Source of the DNA: the human T2T-CHM13v2.0 reference genome, Homo sapiens
Strand: one strand, 5' to 3'
Length of the DNA: 64,000 bases
Assembly (NCBI RefSeq): GCF_009914755.1
Contig: NC_060936.1
The notes under the pieces were generated by a model. It was not told the origin of the DNA, did not search any database, and was given only the letters and a program-made list of their open reading frames with translations. The translations under genes and the position numbers were made by a program. This document shows positions 60,271-64,000 of this stretch, in pieces (position 1 is the first letter of the stretch; every line of letters begins with the position of its first letter).

Positions 60271-62711
60271 AGTGTGGGTCCACCGAGAAGCCCCCCAGCT
60301 GCAGGAGTGGAACCAGGACTGGTCAGCCCTCATTGTCAACGTCTTGTAAATCTTGAACTAGTGGACGAGTAGGGGGAAAGTGCAGGTGCAGCAACCTACT
60401 TCAAAAGGGCTAACTTGAGGCTGATTAGGTCCCGTGTGTCTCCCAGTCCACATTAGCCTCGTTTCTTCTCAATAGAATCAAGCACTATACTCCGGATCCC
60501 AAGGCACTAGGGTCCCAGTTCGTGCTGAGGGCGTCGCCTCAAGTGCTAAGCGAGCTCACAGCATCTGGTTTCTCAGGAAGTGAGAGAGCTACACATCTGC
60601 TCCTGGGAAGCATTATTTGTCAAATAAGCCTTGTTTCTCAGCAACCATTGTAGCCCCCAGGGCCACAAGTAAAGGGGGGCTTGCCTTCCCTTACCCTCCC
60701 CCAAAAGAAATTTGGAAGAGACGAGCTGAGCTGCTCCCCGCCCAGCTACAGCAACCTCCAGCTTGGACAATACACCCTCTGTCCTCAGCCAGGAGATCCG
60801 CCTCTGGAGTTGGCTCTGCCCCTTCCCCCACTCTTCCTGGTTCCCAGCACCCAAACCCTCTACTGGAGTTCTCCTGACCCAGTGGTCTCCAGCCAGGACA
60901 GTCCCACACCTTCAAATCCTCCCCCTACAGTCCCCGCACCCCAAGGATCTGAGCACATTCAGTTACAGGCATGGGGTCACCCCAGACCATGGAAGAGGGG
61001 GTTCCATCTTCAGTGCCAAGATGGACCACCCTCTGCATAGTCAAGGTAAGAAAACCTGTGTGGAGGGAGGTCAGAGGTGCTCCTGAAATTGTTTGACCTT
61101 TACTAACATCAACCTGGCTTTCTCCTCCTCTCCTTCTTCCTCTCTGAAGCTCCTGCTGCTGTGAGCTGGAAATCAGGATGCCTGGCTGGCCCATGAACCA
61201 CTCATTTTTGTTTCACTCCCACCAAGCTACCTCCTGTATAACTTCTCATTCTCAGCTTTTCTCAGCCCTTCCTGCAGCCCCCTTCTCCACTATCCCCACA
61301 TTGAGAGTAGGAATCAAGCCTGAGCTGGGAGTTTGGCCACCCATCTTGTGACCCTTTTCCAATTCCTTGGAACCTCTAAAGTTCTTCCCATGGGCCTGCC
61401 AGGCAGCAGCAAAACCAGCATGTGTGAGGTTCTAGCCCTTACCCCTCACCTCTCTGGGGTCCAATCAAGTTCCTCTTTGAGTCCCAGTCTCTCCATTGGT
61501 AACTTTAGAGCTTAAGTAAAGGTACTCCCATGGCATCCATCCCAGAGCCCAGCCAAAGACCCTAAGGAATGCTGGGAAGAGCAAGATGTTAAAAGAGCTG
61601 GTTGAAGGCTCCAGAGACATGAACACACTTAATTATCTCATGATTCTCGATTACATAATCAAATCTGGCCAAAATACATGGGACAACCTTCAGCCTTGCC
61701 CTTTCTCCAGGAGCCTCCAATCCCTGCCACTTTCCTCGGTATTCCCCTAACTCTTGCCTCTCCCCTCCTCCCAGTGCCTCCCTACTCATTCCCGCCTGGC
61801 TTCCCCCACCCCCACCTCTCCTGTCCCCAGTCCCCAGTGACTCCCACTGCTCTAACCTCTGAAACTGTCTATTGGACACCAACTCAACCAAGAGCAGTAA
61901 GATCAAGGCTCCCCAGTCCCAACCATATCCACCCCTCCCAAATGCCAATTTCTGGGTGGGGGGGACACACAGTCATCACGCACTTCTTCACAGACTCTTC
62001 TTCCCTGTGGCAAGATTGGAATCAGGTGCTCCACCCCCTGGAAATGAGAACCAGACTTCTCAGCCTTTGCCAAAGACAAGGGACCCAGTTGAGATGAGAC
62101 GGGGAGGGAAAGAAGGCCTTAGAGCCAGTGGTACTGACTGCTTTGGGCAAGCACTGGGCATTGAGCCCTGGGCACTGGGTTCTCAGAATTCCAACCTTCC
62201 TTCCCCCCACCCCTTTTCATCATGGAAAATCCAGCAGGGAGGGTGAAGGAGGGAGAAAGTTTCAGGAAGTGCTCACTGCTAAAGGACGTTGGGGGAATGT
62301 AGGAATGGCAACAGGTTCAGAACTTCTAGGAAGATGTCCCCTACCTTATCCCTACCCTCCACCTTCTGCTCCAGGGTGGCACGACTCAAACCTGCCCTAC
62401 GGCCCATTAGCTCCATTCCATGAAGTTCCTATCCAGTACCAGGCACTGCAAAAGAAGGGAATGAGGTCAGACCATAGAAAGAACTTCCATCTCCATTTGG
62501 AAAGGCTGGACTCAAGTTAAATGTAAGGAAGACCTTCTCAGAGGTCTCCTGCGAACTGGGAATGACGGTCCAGCTCTTTAAAATAGGGCAATGGGCCGGG
62601 CACGGTGGCTCACGTCTGTAATCCCAGCCCTTTGGGAGGCCAAGAAGGGGAAATCGCTTGAGCTCAAGAATTGGAGACCAGCCTGGGCAACATGGCGAAA
62701 ACCCATCTCTA

Positions 62712-63093
<382 letters not shown>

Positions 63094-63149
63094 CTAGCAC
63101 CACCAGGCTAAGCCACGGGTGGTCCTCTCAGGTCAGGCCCAAGCCCAGG

Positions 63150-64000
63150 CACACTCCTGTGGGGAGGGTAAGAGGCTGACGCTGCGCGGCAGTTCCCTGT
63201 CCCCTTGTTCCTAGTCCCTTCTAGACCTACGCCCACCGTTTCTTCTGCGTCTGTCTGGCTCGCGTGTTTCTTTCTGCCTGTGTCCCGCCGGGTCAGGCTC
63301 TCCCCGTCTCTCAGACTTTCCCGTCCCCGTGTCCTCCGCGGCCGTCTCTCTCCAACTCTCTCCCCCTCTCAGCCACTTCCTGTCTCCAGTATGTCCCTGG
63401 CGCGGCCCGGCTGGCCGTCTGCGCACCCTCTCTCCCCTCGGCTCTTTGTGAGTGTGGGTTCGCGGGAGAAGGTGGGGAGGAGAGGAGGCCGAGGGGTGGG
63501 GAGCTGGCGGAACGTGGGGATTGGAGCCGGGAGGGAGGAGGAGGAGGAGCGGGCTGCCACGGGCGCGGGCGCGGGGCGCGGCGGGGGCGGGAGGGAGCCC
63601 AGCCGAGCCCGGCCGCCCGCTCCCGCCACTGCCACCGCCTCCTCCTCCGCGTCCGCTCGGCGCGGGCACGGGCGGGATGGGCTGGCCCGGCGGCTCCCCC
63701 TGCTGCTGCCCCGCCCCGCCGCGCCCCCGCCCGGCCGGGCGCCCCCCGCAGGTGAGTGGCCGCGCCGCGCTGGGCGGGCGGCGGTCTCTGCGTCACGGCC
63801 GCGCGGGCAGTGCCAGGGGCGGGCGCCAGGGGGCGCGGGGCCGCCGGAGGTCGAGAGGGCGCGGGGCGCGGGGCGCGGCCCAGGGCTGGGGCCGGGGGCT
63901 CTGGCTGGCCGCGGAGAGCTGGGAGCAGCGGGAGGCCGGGACAGTGACTAGGGGGCGGGGCGCGGCCGCGGCCCTACTCGATCAGGCCGCCACGCCTTCC
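63150..64000. promoter_or_regulatory. Second CpG island, probably an upstream promoter of the next + strand gene (TNS2 by recalled gene order)
   Basis: Very high GC and CpG content, multiple GGGCGG boxes and a consensus donor CAG|GTGAGT at 63751/63752. The gene identity is not visible in the window. Confidence 0.8.
63677..63751 (+). CDS. TNS2: Candidate alternative first coding exon of tensin-2: MGWPGGSPCCCPAPPRPRPAGRPPQ
   Basis: Strong Kozak context GGGATGG, exactly 25 codons, phase-0 consensus donor CAG|GTGAGT. Assignment to TNS2 rests on recalled synteny only. Confidence 0.5.

Noticed and set aside
63205-63951. 248-aa and other long overlapping ORFs in the distal CpG island
   Set aside because: Stop codons are depleted in very GC-rich DNA. 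The products are low-complexity Arg/Gly/Pro/Ala with non-ATG starts, and the longest reads through a strong donor site.

Overview
Human, Alu-dense genomic DNA. It contains the complete EIF4B gene on the + strand: 15 coding exons from ATG 22985 to TAG 56617, all with GT-AG junctions, joining to 1836 nt (611 aa + stop). The gene has a CpG-island promoter with TOP/TCT features and a ~2 kb 3'UTR ending near 58605. The first ~22 kb is intergenic and mostly repeats: Alu clusters, MLT1 LTRs, MER102, L1/L2/MIR, and a MER41 solo LTR carrying three nested Alus including an AluYa5. A second CpG island at ~63.2-64 kb holds a candidate 75-nt first coding exon (MGWPGGSPCCCPAPP...Q|GTGAGT); by recalled gene order at 12q13.13 this would be an upstream start of TNS2. 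Almost all non-EIF4B ORFs in the supplied track are Alu-derived or GC-rich artefacts. I see no clear new multi-gene system. The best leads are regulatory: a Cys-cluster alternative TNS2 N-terminus, candidate poison (NMD) exons in EIF4B, a TOP + TISU leader with an overlapping upstream ORF, respaced STAT motifs in the MER41 LTR, and perfect hairpins in introns 1 and 14. Repeat family names come from remembered consensus sequences, and repeat boundaries are approximate unless a TSD is given.
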